The notes under the pieces: generated by a model
Databases searched by the model: none
Seen by the model: the letters and a program-made list of their open reading frames with translations, nothing else
What the model was told of the DNA's origin: nothing
Position numbers and translations under genes: made by a program
Part shown: positions 45,468 through 56,441 of the stretch, piece after piece
Position numbering within the stretch: position 1 is the stretch's first letter
Layout of the letters: each line of letters begins with the position of its first letter
DNA from: Alphaproteobacteria bacterium
Lineage (GTDB): Bacteria > Pseudomonadota > Alphaproteobacteria > Methylaequorales > Methylaequoraceae
Assembly (NCBI GenBank): GCA_045563015.1
Contig: JBJKUQ010000016.1
Span: forward strand, 9,280 to 73,279
Direction: 5' to 3'
DNA length: 64,000 bases

Positions 45468-46524
45468 TTACCTCTAGTCCAAAACCATCAATTCCAACTA
45501 TTTTTTTTGAAGAACTTGTTAGAAGGATGATTTTTTTTGCACCCAAATCAGTAAGAATTTGTGCACCGATACCATATTCTTTTAAAGTATTATTTTTCTT
45601 ATTACTCTTTTCATCTTTACTAGAAAACTCTTTTTTAGGGTTTCTTATTATAACTATAATCCCTTCTTCAAGCTTTGAAATCTTTTCAAATGCTTTTGAG
45701 AGAGTTTTATTAACTGGATTTATAATGTCTGAAAAAATATTTAAACTGTGCATTCTTACAACAATATTTTTTTCTTTCGATACTTTGCCTTTAACAAGAG
45801 CCAAATGTTCTGTTCCATCAATCATATTTTTATATACGAAAATTTTGAAATTTTTCAGAGACCTTATTTTTAAGTCATCTACTTTTACACATCTCACCAA
45901 CTTTTCTTTTGTAACTTTATACTCAATTAGGTCCTTTATTGATGCCATTTTCAATTTATGTTTTTTACAAAATATTACGAGATCATTAAATCTAGCCATT
46001 GTCCCATCATCATTCATAATTTCACAGATAACTCCATATGGATATTTGTCTTGAGTTGACATTCTGCAAAGATCAACAGCCGCCTCTGTATGCCCAGCTC
46101 TTACCAAGACACCCCCATCACTTGCTAGCAATGGAAAAATATGCCCAGGGCTTACCAAGTCATTAGGTTTTGAATTTGGAGAAACAGCTACTTTTATTGT
46201 TGTTGCTCTATCTTTAGCGCTTATACCTGTAGTAACACCTTTCCTGGCTTCAATTGAAACTGTGAAAGCAGTTCTATGTCTACTTTTATTTGAATCAGTC
46301 ATGAGTTTCAGTTTCATTCTTTTAAATCTTTTTTTATCAAGTGCTAAACAGATTAACCCCCGAGCATGTTTAGCCATGAAATTTATTTTTTCTGAAGTTA
46401 CAGAAGATGCACAAAATAATAAATCACCTTCATTTTCTCTTTTTTCATCATCAACTATAACAACCATTTTATTTTGTGATAGATCTTTAATGATATCTTG
46501 TATTGATGACAGATGACTTTTCAT
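45448..46524 (-). CDS. ribBA: 3,4-dihydroxy-2-butanone-4-phosphate synthase fused to a degenerate GTP-cyclohydrolase-II-like domain (RibBA/RibBX type)
   Basis: N-terminal DHBP synthase (DDEKRENEGDL...); C-terminal half has YGIGAQILTDLG but lacks the CxxGxC zinc-ligand cysteines. Confidence 0.85.
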   Translation of the reverse strand: MKSHLSSIQDIIKDLSQNKMVVIVDDEKRENEGDLLFCASSVTSEKINFMAKHARGLICLALDKKRFKRMKLKLMTDSNKSRHRTAFTVSIEARKGVTTGISAKDRATTIKVAVSPNSKPNDLVSPGHIFPLLASDGGVLVRAGHTEAAVDLCRMSTQDKYPYGVICEIMNDDGTMARFNDLVIFCKKHKLKMASIKDLIEYKVTKEKLVRCVKVDDLKIRSLKNFKIFVYKNMIDGTEHLALVKGKVSKEKNIVVRMHSLNIFSDIINPVNKTLSKAFEKISKLEEGIIVIIRNPKKEFSSKDEKSNKKNNTLKEYGIGAQILTDLGAKKIILLTSSSKKIVGIDGFGLEVNGTKRL

Positions 46525-47096
46525 TTGTTCAATGCCTTAAAAACGTACCTAGCTAACATATCAATTTCTGTATTAAAAAAATCACCAACATTATTTAATT
46601 GTAAGGTAGTATTTTCCCATGTGTGGGGAATAATACAAACTTCAAAACTTTTTTTTTTTAAATTATTTACGGTCAATGAAACTCCATCCAACGATATAGA
46701 GCATTTGGATGACAAATACTTTGTAATATGAGCATCTGATTCAATTAAAAATATCCATGATTGCCCTACTTTAGTAATTCTTTTAATCTTTGATAAACCA
46801 TCAACATGACCAAAAACAAAATGACCACTGATTTCCTGGCCGATTTTGAGTGATTTTTCTATATTGATAGAAGATCCTTTTACTAATGTTCCTATATTAG
46901 ACTTTATTAAAGTTTCTTTTGAAAGATTAAATGAAAGTATACCTGTTTTTTTTTTTGATACTGTTAAACAAACTCCAGCGCAACTAATAGATTCTCCAAT
47001 TTTAATTTTCTGTAGCTTAGTATTAATTGAAAGAACATTGTTTTTCTTATCAAAACTTTCCACTATACCTATATCCTCGATGATTCCTGAAAACAT
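46521..47096 (-). CDS. ribE: Riboflavin synthase alpha subunit
   Basis: MFSGIIEDIG...; duplicated lumazine-binding repeats. Confidence 0.9.
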   Translation of the reverse strand: MFSGIIEDIGIVESFDKKNNVLSINTKLQKIKIGESISCAGVCLTVSKKKTGILSFNLSKETLIKSNIGTLVKGSSINIEKSLKIGQEISGHFVFGHVDGLSKIKRITKVGQSWIFLIESDAHITKYLSSKCSISLDGVSLTVNNLKKKSFEVCIIPHTWENTTLQLNNVGDFFNTEIDMLARYVFKALNK

Positions 47097-47105
47097 TATA
47101 ATTAT

Positions 47106-48215
47106 CTACATCTCTTTAGTTAATATTTCTAGTGTATTGTTACCAAAATCAATCATGTGTTTTTTTTTTAAAATAATTTTTGAGAAATCAATGCCAGATC
47201 CTATTATTGCATTTAAACCACTATCACCTAAAAAAAAATTACTTCTAAAAATATATATATCATCAAATAAACCTTCTTTAAAAAATGATGTAAAAATTTT
47301 TGCTCCTCCTTCAACAAGAAGATTAGATATACCCATATTTGCAAGTTTTTTTAAAATTGATGTTAAATTATATTCCTTTTGATCTAAAAGAACTATTTCT
47401 AGATTTGAATTAGAAAAAAGACTCATTTTTTTTTTACATTTTTTTTGAGTAATTATTATGGTTTTGATGTCAGTATTTTTATCAAAAATCTTCAAATTCG
47501 TTTGAATATCAAAACTTTTACTCAAAATAACTCTTATGGGTGAAAATTTTTTCAAACCTTCACTCCTACATGTTAGTTTACAGTCATCAACTTTTAAAGT
47601 ATTTGAACCAATGAGAATTGCATCAACCTCTGATCTTAAAATTTGTGAAAACTTATTGCTAGATTGATTAGTAATTTTTCTTCTTGTATTTTTTTTATCT
47701 GTAATTTGACCATTTATAGACATAGCTAATTTTAATAATACTCTGGGTCTATTTTTTGTTCTATTAAGAGAATAACCTTTATAAATATCATTAGAAACTT
47801 TTTCATTATTTTTAATTTGAAAAACTTTAATTTTATTTTTTATAAGAGTCTTTTTTCCCTTACCATTTACTCTTGGGTCTGGATCAATTTTACTGAAAAC
47901 CACTCTTTTAATAAACTTTGATCTTATAATTTTTGAAACGCAAGACTCATCTCTTCCTAAATGACAACAAGGCTCTAAAGTTGAATATAAAGTATATTCT
48001 TTATCGTTTTTAAACTTAAAACTTTCAATTGCATTATACTCTGCATGTGGTCGACCTGAAAAACCTGTAATTCCAAAAGAAACTATTTTTGTATTATTAA
48101 AGTTCTTATCCGATTCAACTAGAATGGAAAAAACAGGGGGGTTTGGAAATGTTGTGCCAACTATTTTTTTTAAGTTAAAAAGGGCAATATTTATGTAAGT
48201 ATCATCGAAATCCAC
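47106..48215 (-). CDS. ribD: Bifunctional riboflavin-biosynthesis deaminase/reductase RibD
   Basis: HAEYNAI...EPCCH cytidine-deaminase zinc motif, then reductase domain. Confidence 0.9.
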   Translation of the reverse strand: MDFDDTYINIALFNLKKIVGTTFPNPPVFSILVESDKNFNNTKIVSFGITGFSGRPHAEYNAIESFKFKNDKEYTLYSTLEPCCHLGRDESCVSKIIRSKFIKRVVFSKIDPDPRVNGKGKKTLIKNKIKVFQIKNNEKVSNDIYKGYSLNRTKNRPRVLLKLAMSINGQITDKKNTRRKITNQSSNKFSQILRSEVDAILIGSNTLKVDDCKLTCRSEGLKKFSPIRVILSKSFDIQTNLKIFDKNTDIKTIIITQKKCKKKMSLFSNSNLEIVLLDQKEYNLTSILKKLANMGISNLLVEGGAKIFTSFFKEGLFDDIYIFRSNFFLGDSGLNAIIGSGIDFSKIILKKKHMIDFGNNTLEILTKEM

Positions 48216-48221
48216 AAAATT

Positions 48222-48683
48222 TTATTCATCTTTGAGATTTAAGTTTTTGTCAATAAATTTTCTAAAGTCATCAGTTTCTTGAAAATCTTTATAAACGGAT
48301 GCAAAACGAAGATAAGCAACTCTATCGAGTTCTTTCAAAGCATCCATAACTAATTCTCCTATATGTTTAGAGGGTATTTCTGTTTCACCAGAACTCTCTA
48401 AACGTCTTTGAATACTATTTGTTATAAGCTCAATTTGTGAACCTTCCACTGGTCTTTTTCTACAAGATATATTGATTGAACGAACTAATTTTTCTCTATC
48501 AAAAATCACTCTTGATTCGTCCTTCTTTATTACCATTAGATCCCTAAGTTGAACTCTTTCAAAAGTAGTGAATCTAGCAGCGCATGCTGGACATTGCCTT
48601 CGTCGCCTTATTGAATTATTATCATCAGAGGGCCTAGAGTCCTTTACTTGGGTTTCATCATGGCCACAAAAAGGACAACGCAT
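48222..48683 (-). CDS. nrdR: Transcriptional repressor NrdR
   Basis: MRCPFCGH...CPAC zinc ribbon + ATP-cone. Confidence 0.93.
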   Translation of the reverse strand: MRCPFCGHDETQVKDSRPSDDNNSIRRRRQCPACAARFTTFERVQLRDLMVIKKDESRVIFDREKLVRSINISCRKRPVEGSQIELITNSIQRRLESSGETEIPSKHIGELVMDALKELDRVAYLRFASVYKDFQETDDFRKFIDKNLNLKDE

Positions 48684-48698
48684 TTAAATAACGCCCAT

Positions 48699-49982
48699 CT
48701 AAATAGCTTGACTATAAATTGGAAACTTTTCGCAAAGAGATTTAACTTTTTTCTTTACTTCATTTTCAACGGCAGAGTTATCATCTGAGTTTTTTGAAAG
48801 ACCATCAAGAACATCTCCAATTAGATTTCCTATTTCGACAAACTCGGTTTGTTTAAAACCTCTACTTGTTCCAGCCGGAGACCCCAATCTAATACCAGAT
48901 GTTACAAAAGGACTCTCAGGATCAAATGGTACTCCATTTTTATTACAAGTAATACCAGCATTCTCCAAAGATCTTTCAGCAGCTTTACCAGTTATATTTT
49001 TTGGTCTCAGATCAACTAAAACAAGATGAGTGTCCGTACCTCCGGAAACAACTTCTAGTCCCCTTTGAAGCATAACTTTAGATAGTGCTTTTGCATTTTC
49101 CACTACTGAATCAATGTATGATTTAAATTGAGGTTTTAAGGCTTCACCAAATGCAACAGCTTTAGCACAAATTACATGCATTAGTGGACCTCCCTGTAAC
49201 CCAGGAAAAACTGCAGAATTTATCTTCTTTGCATGATCAGCATTATTTGTAAGAACTATACCTCCTCTTGGGCCTCTCAAAGTTTTATGAGTTGTAGATG
49301 TAACAACATCGGCATATTCAAGTGGGCTTGGGTAAACTCCAGTTGCAACCAATCCAGCAAAATGAGCCATATCCACTAGAAAATAAGCTCCAACTTTGTC
49401 CGCAATTTCTTTAAATTTTTTGAAATCAATTATTCTAGGATATGCAGAGCCACCCGCTATTATAAGCTTCGGCTTGTTTTCTATGGCTAACTGTTCAACC
49501 TCTTCATAATCAATTAAAGCCGTGTCTTTTTTTACACCATATTGAACTGCATTGAACCATTTGCCTGATTCATTTGGTGGTGCTCCGTGAGTGAGGTGAC
49601 CTCCAGCAGCTAAAGACATTCCCATGATGGTATCTCCAGGTTTTAATAGAGCGAGAAATACCGCTTGATTTGCTTGAGAGCCTGAATGAACCTGAACATT
49701 TGCAAAATCTGCATTAAAAAGCTTTTTAATTCTATCTATACAAATATCCTCAACAACATCAACGTGTTCACAACCACCATAATAACGTTTACCAGAATAT
49801 CCTTCAGCATATTTGTTGGTCAAAATTGTTCCTTGAGCTTCTAACACTGCTTTAGAAACGATGTTTTCAGATGCGATTAGTTCTATTTGATCATTTTGTC
49901 TGTGATACTCATTTTTTACAGCATCTAAGACATCAGGATCAGTTTGAGTTAAACTACTTTCGAAAAATACTTGTGGTGTCAT
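48699..49982 (-). CDS. glyA: Serine hydroxymethyltransferase
   Basis: [17 protein letters not shown]-lysine motif; 427 aa. Confidence 0.95.
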   Translation of the reverse strand: MTPQVFFESSLTQTDPDVLDAVKNEYHRQNDQIELIASENIVSKAVLEAQGTILTNKYAEGYSGKRYYGGCEHVDVVEDICIDRIKKLFNADFANVQVHSGSQANQAVFLALLKPGDTIMGMSLAAGGHLTHGAPPNESGKWFNAVQYGVKKDTALIDYEEVEQLAIENKPKLIIAGGSAYPRIIDFKKFKEIADKVGAYFLVDMAHFAGLVATGVYPSPLEYADVVTSTTHKTLRGPRGGIVLTNNADHAKKINSAVFPGLQGGPLMHVICAKAVAFGEALKPQFKSYIDSVVENAKALSKVMLQRGLEVVSGGTDTHLVLVDLRPKNITGKAAERSLENAGITCNKNGVPFDPESPFVTSGIRLGSPAGTSRGFKQTEFVEIGNLIGDVLDGLSKNSDDNSAVENEVKKKVKSLCEKFPIYSQAI

Positions 49983-49984
49983 GA

Positions 49985-50431
49985 TTACTCCTCTAATTTT
50001 GATTCTACATTATTAAACTTTTCAAGTCTAGCTTGATGACGTCCGCCTTCAAAATCAGTACTGAAAAATATACATAAACATTTAATAGCTTCTTCTAAAG
50101 AAATCAACCTTGAACCTAAAACTAAAACATTAGCATTATTATGTTCCCTTGAAAGTCTGGCCATTTCTTCATTCAAACATAATGCTGCTCTTACTTTTTT
50201 ATACCTATTGGCAACAATTGACATCCCAATACCACTACCACAAATAAGAACACCAAAAAAATCATTTTTGGAAACTTTTTTAGATAATTTATGAGCAAAA
50301 TCTGGATAATCCTTAGAATCAAGTGAATCAGTTCCCAAGTCAACGAATTTGTAATCATTTTTAAAATATTTGACTAACTGTTCTTTTAGGTCAAAACCAG
50401 CATGGTCACTTGCAATTACAATCTTTTCCAA
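49985..50431 (-). CDS. rpiB: Ribose-5-phosphate isomerase B
   Basis: [13 protein letters not shown]; RpiB/LacAB fold. Confidence 0.88.
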   Translation of the reverse strand: MEKIVIASDHAGFDLKEQLVKYFKNDYKFVDLGTDSLDSKDYPDFAHKLSKKVSKNDFFGVLICGSGIGMSIVANRYKKVRAALCLNEEMARLSREHNNANVLVLGSRLISLEEAIKCLCIFFSTDFEGGRHQARLEKFNNVESKLEE

Positions 50432-50432
50432 T

Positions 50433-51851
50433 TCAACTCCTATAACCTTTTAAATCTTTTTTTAATCCAGATGATAAAAAATACAGACCAATTATATTTG
50501 GTATAGACATGGCAAAAATCATTGAATCAGAAAAATTTATTACGCTTCCAAGATTCATTGATGTGCCTACAACTGTGAAACCAAGAAAAATTAATTTAAA
50601 TGAATATTTACTAAAATTTCCAATCCCAAAAAGGTAGGTCCAACAACGTAGACCATAATATGACCAGGTAATTAATGTTGAAATAGCAAATAATGTAATT
50701 GCAAATGCAAGTATTACTGGAAACCAACTAAAAGCAGATTCAAAGGCTCTTGAAGTCAACTCTACACCTTGAATTCCCTCAGAATTCTCATAAACTCCTG
50801 TGATTATTATTACTAGTGATGTCATTGAACATACAATAATTGTATCAATAAAAGGTGACAATAATGACATGAAACCAGTATTTAAATGATTATCACTTTT
50901 TGCTGGTGCATAAGCAATTGGGGCAGAACCAATACCAGACTCATTGGAAAAAACAGCTCTTTTAATTCCGGCAATCATTGATCCAATTACTCCGCCAGTT
51001 GTTGCTTCCAAATTAAATGCACTTTGAAATATTAAAATAAAGGTGTTTGGTAACATCAAAAAATTGTCACAAATTATAACTATACATGATAACACATATA
51101 CTATACCCATCATTGGAACCAATCGTTCTGTTACTTTTCCAATTGACTTAATTCCACCAAATATGATTGTACCAACTATGAACGCAAAAAGAATACCACC
51201 CAACCATCCTTTGTTATAAAATGGACTATTAATCCCGCCAGATGCTTCTACAATTTGTTGAAAAGCTTGATTTGCTTGAAACATATTACCTCCACCAAAA
51301 GAACCACCAATGCAACATATTGCGAAGAAAATTGCTAGAAACTTTCCTAACATCGGTAATCCACAATCATCAAGTCCTTTCGATAAATATCTTATAGCGC
51401 CTCCAGACACAGTTCCATCCTTATGTATTACTCTATACTTGTGTCCTAGACTTACTTCTACAAATTTCAAAGTCATTCCAAAGAAAGCGGTAAGAATCAT
51501 CCATATCATAGCTCCTGGACCACCTATAGATATAGCTACAGCTACCCCTGCAATATTTCCAAGACCAATTGTGCCAGACATTGCAGCTGTAAAAGACTGA
51601 AAATGTGTTATTTCTCCTGGATGATTTTCATCATCATACTTACCAATAGCTACTTCTACTGCCTTTTTAAAATACCTCACATTCAAAAATCTAAAGTAAA
51701 ATGTAAAAAAAAGACCTGCAAATAGTAACCAACAAACAATAAAGGGTACACCTTCACCATAAAAATCAAAACTACTAAAAACAAAATTTGTTATTACGTC
51801 TGAAATAGGTTTCAAAAAGTCGTCTATTGCCAGATCAATTGAATTGTTCAT
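50433..51851 (-). CDS. Sodium:alanine/glycine symporter (AGCS family)
   Basis: 472 aa multi-TM; AGCS-like; 1-nt gap to rpiB. Confidence 0.8.
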   Translation of the reverse strand: MNNSIDLAIDDFLKPISDVITNFVFSSFDFYGEGVPFIVCWLLFAGLFFTFYFRFLNVRYFKKAVEVAIGKYDDENHPGEITHFQSFTAAMSGTIGLGNIAGVAVAISIGGPGAMIWMILTAFFGMTLKFVEVSLGHKYRVIHKDGTVSGGAIRYLSKGLDDCGLPMLGKFLAIFFAICCIGGSFGGGNMFQANQAFQQIVEASGGINSPFYNKGWLGGILFAFIVGTIIFGGIKSIGKVTERLVPMMGIVYVLSCIVIICDNFLMLPNTFILIFQSAFNLEATTGGVIGSMIAGIKRAVFSNESGIGSAPIAYAPAKSDNHLNTGFMSLLSPFIDTIIVCSMTSLVIIITGVYENSEGIQGVELTSRAFESAFSWFPVILAFAITLFAISTLITWSYYGLRCWTYLFGIGNFSKYSFKLIFLGFTVVGTSMNLGSVINFSDSMIFAMSIPNIIGLYFLSSGLKKDLKGYRS

Positions 51852-51889
51852 AAAAATATACTACTTTTATTTTTCTGTTATTCAATTTA

Positions 51890-53188
51890 TCACTTAAGTA
51901 TTTTAACAATTTTTTCATAACTCTTATACAATGACTCTTTACTTATGCAATATGGTGGCATCAAGTAAATTGTATTACCTATAGGTCTTATTAATAAACC
52001 TTCGTTTAAAAAAGATTGTTTTAATTTTTCACTTTCCTGCGAACCATATTTGGGTTTTATTTCATTAATATCAAAAGCTGCTATACTTCCCAATACCCTT
52101 GGTTTTGAAATATTTAATTTTTTGGTAATATTTTTTAAACATTCTGAATGAATTTGAGAAATTTCTTGAACTTTTTTTAAAGTATTTTCTTCTTCAAAAA
52201 TCTTCAATGAACTTAATGCGGCTGAACACGCAACAGGATTTGCAGTAAAAGAGTGGCCATGCAAAAACGTCTTGGATATATTTTCTCCAAAAAAATTTTC
52301 GTGGATTCTTTCATCAAAAACTGTTGCAGCAAGTGGAAGGTAACCCCCAGTAATTGCTTTAGCCAAACAAATAATATCTGGTTGAATATCTATATGATTT
52401 GATGCAAACATTTTTCCAGTTCTTCCAAAACCTGTCATAACTTCATCAAAGATTATTAAAATCTTAGACTCTCTAAATTTTTTTAAGAGTTTCTCTAGAA
52501 ATTCTTTTCTGTACATTTTCATTCCTGAGGCACCATGAATTAATGGTTCAACAATTATTGCGGCAACTTCATCAATATTGTTCGCTATAATTTGATCTGC
52601 GTAATTTAATGCTTTCTTTTCATCTGAATCAATATCATTCTTACCATTCCAAAATTCAGGAAAAGGAATAAAAAATTGTTTTTGGACCACATCTTTAAAT
52701 GGTTCATAAAATCCAGAACTAAAGCCAATCGACATTGCTCCAAATGTATCTCCGTGATACCCCCCAGTAATAGATACAAATTTATTTTTTCTTCTTTTTC
52801 CAGAGTTATACCAATATTGTATTGCTACCTTCATTGCTATTTCTACTGCAGTTGATCCGTTATCTGAATAAAAAACTCTATTTAAATTCCCAGGTAATAA
52901 AAACGCCAATTTTTCTGCTAAATCAACTGCAGGTTCATGAGTAAAATCAGTAAATAAAACTTGTTCAAATCTTTTTAATTGCTCATTAATGGAATCAATG
53001 ATCTCTTTTTTACAATGACCATGAATATTTACCCACCAAGATGAAATTAGATCTAAATATTCATTCCCGTTCGCATCAACTAGTTTATCTTCATATGCAG
53101 ATGTTATTACGAGAGGATCATAGGTTTTTGTTTGTTTTGTATATGGGTGCCATATAAAATTTTTATCTCTTATTTTAATATTTTTCAT
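51890..53188 (-). CDS. bioA: Adenosylmethionine-8-amino-7-oxononanoate aminotransferase
   Basis: Class III aminotransferase; DEVMTGFGRTG; bio cluster context. Confidence 0.88.
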   Translation of the reverse strand: MKNIKIRDKNFIWHPYTKQTKTYDPLVITSAYEDKLVDANGNEYLDLISSWWVNIHGHCKKEIIDSINEQLKRFEQVLFTDFTHEPAVDLAEKLAFLLPGNLNRVFYSDNGSTAVEIAMKVAIQYWYNSGKRRKNKFVSITGGYHGDTFGAMSIGFSSGFYEPFKDVVQKQFFIPFPEFWNGKNDIDSDEKKALNYADQIIANNIDEVAAIIVEPLIHGASGMKMYRKEFLEKLLKKFRESKILIIFDEVMTGFGRTGKMFASNHIDIQPDIICLAKAITGGYLPLAATVFDERIHENFFGENISKTFLHGHSFTANPVACSAALSSLKIFEEENTLKKVQEISQIHSECLKNITKKLNISKPRVLGSIAAFDINEIKPKYGSQESEKLKQSFLNEGLLIRPIGNTIYLMPPYCISKESLYKSYEKIVKILK

Positions 53189-53190
53189 TT

Positions 53191-53829
53191 TTAAAAATTT
53201 ATTCTACTTGTTAATTTTTTAATGCTCGACTGGTCTAAAGTGTTAATGATTGGTATTCTTCCTAAAATATTTAACCTTTTTCCCAAGATTTTTTTCCCTA
53301 AAATACTAATTGTATTAATAGTATTTCTTTCATTTTTACCAACAAATATGACTCCTAAAAATTTAATTTTTCTTTTTCTTATAATTTCCAGAGACATAAG
53401 AGTATGATTTATTGTTCCTAGGTTTGTTCTTGACACTAGTATAAGAGGTAGATCTAAATCCTTTGATAAATCTATCATTAAATAATTTTTTTTGATAGGA
53501 ACATAAAGTCCCCCTGCACCTTCAATAATAATCTTATCGTTTGTTTTTATATTTCTTACCTCAATTAATTTTTTTATTATGATTTTTTTTTTTTCTATTA
53601 ATGAAGCATCAAATGGATTTATTGGATTTTTAAAAAAATATGTTTCTTTAATAATTCTTGAATTTTTAGTCAGTTTTTTTACAACATCCGAATCAATCTC
53701 ATTATTATTACTTAAACCACATTGGATGGGCTTGTAATACCATGCACTTAATTTATTTACCAAAATAGATGATACAATTGTTTTACCAACATTTGTATCT
53801 GTTCCAGAAATAAAAAAACCCTTAATCAA
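53191..53829 (-). CDS. bioD: Dethiobiotin synthetase
   Basis: FISGTDTNVGKT P-loop; 212 aa. Confidence 0.88.
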   Translation of the reverse strand: MIKGFFISGTDTNVGKTIVSSILVNKLSAWYYKPIQCGLSNNNEIDSDVVKKLTKNSRIIKETYFFKNPINPFDASLIEKKKIIIKKLIEVRNIKTNDKIIIEGAGGLYVPIKKNYLMIDLSKDLDLPLILVSRTNLGTINHTLMSLEIIRKRKIKFLGVIFVGKNERNTINTISILGKKILGKRLNILGRIPIINTLDQSSIKKLTSRINF

Positions 53830-54591
53830 CTAATTCTCAATTTTTTTTATAAAAACAAAATTTACTTTATAGGTTACATCAATTCTAGAATTATTACTTC
53901 GAATACTAAATAAATTCCCATGATTCCTATTTCTTTTTATATTAACTCCAATTTTTTTAAAATTTAATAAAAAATTTAGCAAATTTTTAAATTTCTCTTT
54001 AACAGTAAAAAATTTATGTACGTAAAAAAAACTTTTTTTATTTAATGATTCAAGACACTTTTTTAGATCTGGAAATTTGTTTATTAAATCTTTCTGAGGA
54101 ATAGTCTTATTTTTACATTTCAAAGAAATTATACTTGGTGTAGAAAATAAAAAAATTCCATTGTTTGGCATTGATTCAATTATATTTGTAAAAAATAAAT
54201 TAAACTCCTCTGACCAGTGCAAAGACAAATTTGAAAAAATAAAATTAAAATCTTGAAAATTTTTAAACTTTTCAAAATCATTAACTTCGAAAGAAACATT
54301 ATTTACGTTAATTTTCTTTTTAGAAACCTCAATCATTTTATCAGCAAAATCAACTAAATGAATTTTTTTAAAATTCATTACCTTTAGCATTTCACTTGAC
54401 ATCATCCCATTACCAGAACCAAGGTCTAAACCTATAGTAGGGGATGATACATTATAATTATTTTCTAAATTTAAAAAAAATTCAATTAATTTTTCTCCAA
54501 TTATTTTTTGAATTAAAGCATATTTTTCATACTTCAATGAACTTTTGTTAAAAGATTCTCTTAGAGAAGATTTAAAATTATTTTCAATCAT
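53830..54591 (-). CDS. bioC: Malonyl-ACP O-methyltransferase BioC
   Basis: SAM-MTase motif GLDLGSGNG; between bioD and bioH-like. Confidence 0.75.
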   Translation of the reverse strand: MIENNFKSSLRESFNKSSLKYEKYALIQKIIGEKLIEFFLNLENNYNVSSPTIGLDLGSGNGMMSSEMLKVMNFKKIHLVDFADKMIEVSKKKINVNNVSFEVNDFEKFKNFQDFNFIFSNLSLHWSEEFNLFFTNIIESMPNNGIFLFSTPSIISLKCKNKTIPQKDLINKFPDLKKCLESLNKKSFFYVHKFFTVKEKFKNLLNFLLNFKKIGVNIKRNRNHGNLFSIRSNNSRIDVTYKVNFVFIKKIEN

Positions 54592-55238
54592 ATTGTTTTT
54601 ATAAATTTGTAAATTATTTCAAACGCTTTATCTGGTTCCAAATAAGGAAATGCATGATTTTTTTTTTTTAATATTTTAATTTGGTGATTCTCATTATTAA
54701 GTTTTTTTATTTTTTCAAATGATGGTTCAAATATTTTATCTTGATAAGACAACACAGACAAAATTTTAATTTTCAAATTTCTAAAATCAGAAACTAAATT
54801 ATCTTCTTTTAAACTAATAAGGTTATTTCTCAATTTTTTATAATTTATATTTTTATTCAAAATATAGTTTTCTAATCCACAATTTATGTAGAATTTTTTC
54901 ATTACTTCATCAGGTGATTTTTCAATATTTTTAATCATTAATTCAAGAACTTTTTTTGTTTTTTCTGGTTTTTTTTGGAACTCAACAAAATTTGGTGCAG
55001 AAAAAAAGTTGACTAATGCATGACAGCTTATTTTATTTTTTAAGAACCAACTTAAACCAAAAGAATGAGTAATAAAAATACGTTTTTTTTCGACTCTGCT
55101 AATAATTTTTTTATTAAACGATTCAATGTTAACAATTTTAATAAATCCAATATTTTTTTTTTTTAAAAATTTACAAAGTGGAAACCAAAATTCCTCTCTA
55201 AAGCCCCACCCATGAACAAAGTAAAAATTGTAGGTCAT
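54588..55238 (-). CDS. bioH: Alpha/beta-hydrolase, pimeloyl-ACP methyl ester esterase (BioH-like)
   Basis: HGWG oxyanion motif, HSFG nucleophile elbow, C-terminal His; 216 aa. Confidence 0.65.
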   Translation of the reverse strand: MTYNFYFVHGWGFREEFWFPLCKFLKKKNIGFIKIVNIESFNKKIISRVEKKRIFITHSFGLSWFLKNKISCHALVNFFSAPNFVEFQKKPEKTKKVLELMIKNIEKSPDEVMKKFYINCGLENYILNKNINYKKLRNNLISLKEDNLVSDFRNLKIKILSVLSYQDKIFEPSFEKIKKLNNENHQIKILKKKNHAFPYLEPDKAFEIIYKFIKTI

Positions 55239-56422
55239 TATATTTTAAAGCTTTTAATTTCTGAAATAAAAAACTTTAACATTTTTTTTGTCATTGTTGC
55301 TGTTAAAGAAATTCTTAATCTTTCACCTCCAATTGGAACAGTTGGGGACTTGATAAGTTTGACAAAAAAACCTCTTTCTCTCAGAAACTTTTGAAGTTTT
55401 TTACATTTGTTTTCATTTCCTAAAATAATGGGTATTATTTGTGACTGTGAATTTCCAATCGGGAAGTTAATTTTGCTTAACTCTCTACACAAAAATTTAG
55501 AATTATTCTTTAATTTAGTTCTTAACTTTTCCAAACTTGGCATCAATTTTACTGCTTGGTTTATAGATGCGTATATACCAGGGGGCAATGCAGTTGAATA
55601 AATTAATCCACTACATGAGTGAGTAATTTTTTCTATAATTTTACTAGTGGAAGATACAAAACCACCAAAACTACCAAAACTTTTTCCGAATGTCCCAACA
55701 ACAATTTCTTTTTCATACTTCATACTTGATGCTAAACCAAAACCTTTTTTTCCAAACACACCAACAGAATGAGCTTCATCTAAATATAACAGTGCATTAA
55801 ATTTTTTTGCTAAATACCTTAACCCACTTAAATCTACAATATCTCCATCCATACTAAAAAGAATTTCTGATATAATGATACGTGGTGTGTCTTTATTTGA
55901 TTTTTTTAGTAAAGCCTCCAAATGATTAAGATCTAAGTGATTATATCTAAAAGTTTTTTGTCTCGTCAAAAAACATCCATAATTTATGCTTGCATGATTA
56001 AGTTTATCTGAAAAAATTGAAAATTTACTTGTTTGACCTAAATTATTGTTGGTCAACGTTGGAATCAATGTAGAGTTCATCAAAAAACCGCCGCCAAATA
56101 TTAACGACTTTTCAGCAGATGCATACTTGCTAATTAATTTTTCAATTGAATTTATTTTTTCAAAATTACCCGAAATAAACCTAGATGAAGAAAGACTTGT
56201 TCCATAAGTTTCAGTCCACTTCTTAGATAAATCAATTAGTTTTTTGTGTTTAGAAAGACCTAAGTAGTCATTACTAGAGAAGTTAATTAATTTTTTTCCA
56301 TTAAGAACTAAATAATCACTACCATTCGCAGTGGTTCGGGAATGATAATTTACAACTTCAAGCTTTCTGTGCATTTTATTTGAATTTAATTTATTAACGT
56401 TTATTATAAAGTTATTGTACAT
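55238..56422 (-). CDS. bioF: 8-amino-7-oxononanoate synthase
   Basis: NFSSNDYLGL; PLP-lysine region GTFGKSFG; start may be internal MHRKLEV at 56374. Confidence 0.88.
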   Translation of the reverse strand: MYNNFIINVNKLNSNKMHRKLEVVNYHSRTTANGSDYLVLNGKKLINFSSNDYLGLSKHKKLIDLSKKWTETYGTSLSSSRFISGNFEKINSIEKLISKYASAEKSLIFGGGFLMNSTLIPTLTNNNLGQTSKFSIFSDKLNHASINYGCFLTRQKTFRYNHLDLNHLEALLKKSNKDTPRIIISEILFSMDGDIVDLSGLRYLAKKFNALLYLDEAHSVGVFGKKGFGLASSMKYEKEIVVGTFGKSFGSFGGFVSSTSKIIEKITHSCSGLIYSTALPPGIYASINQAVKLMPSLEKLRTKLKNNSKFLCRELSKINFPIGNSQSQIIPIILGNENKCKKLQKFLRERGFFVKLIKSPTVPIGGERLRISLTATMTKKMLKFFISEIKSFKI

Positions 56423-56441
56423 TTAAACAATAAGAGGGCAA

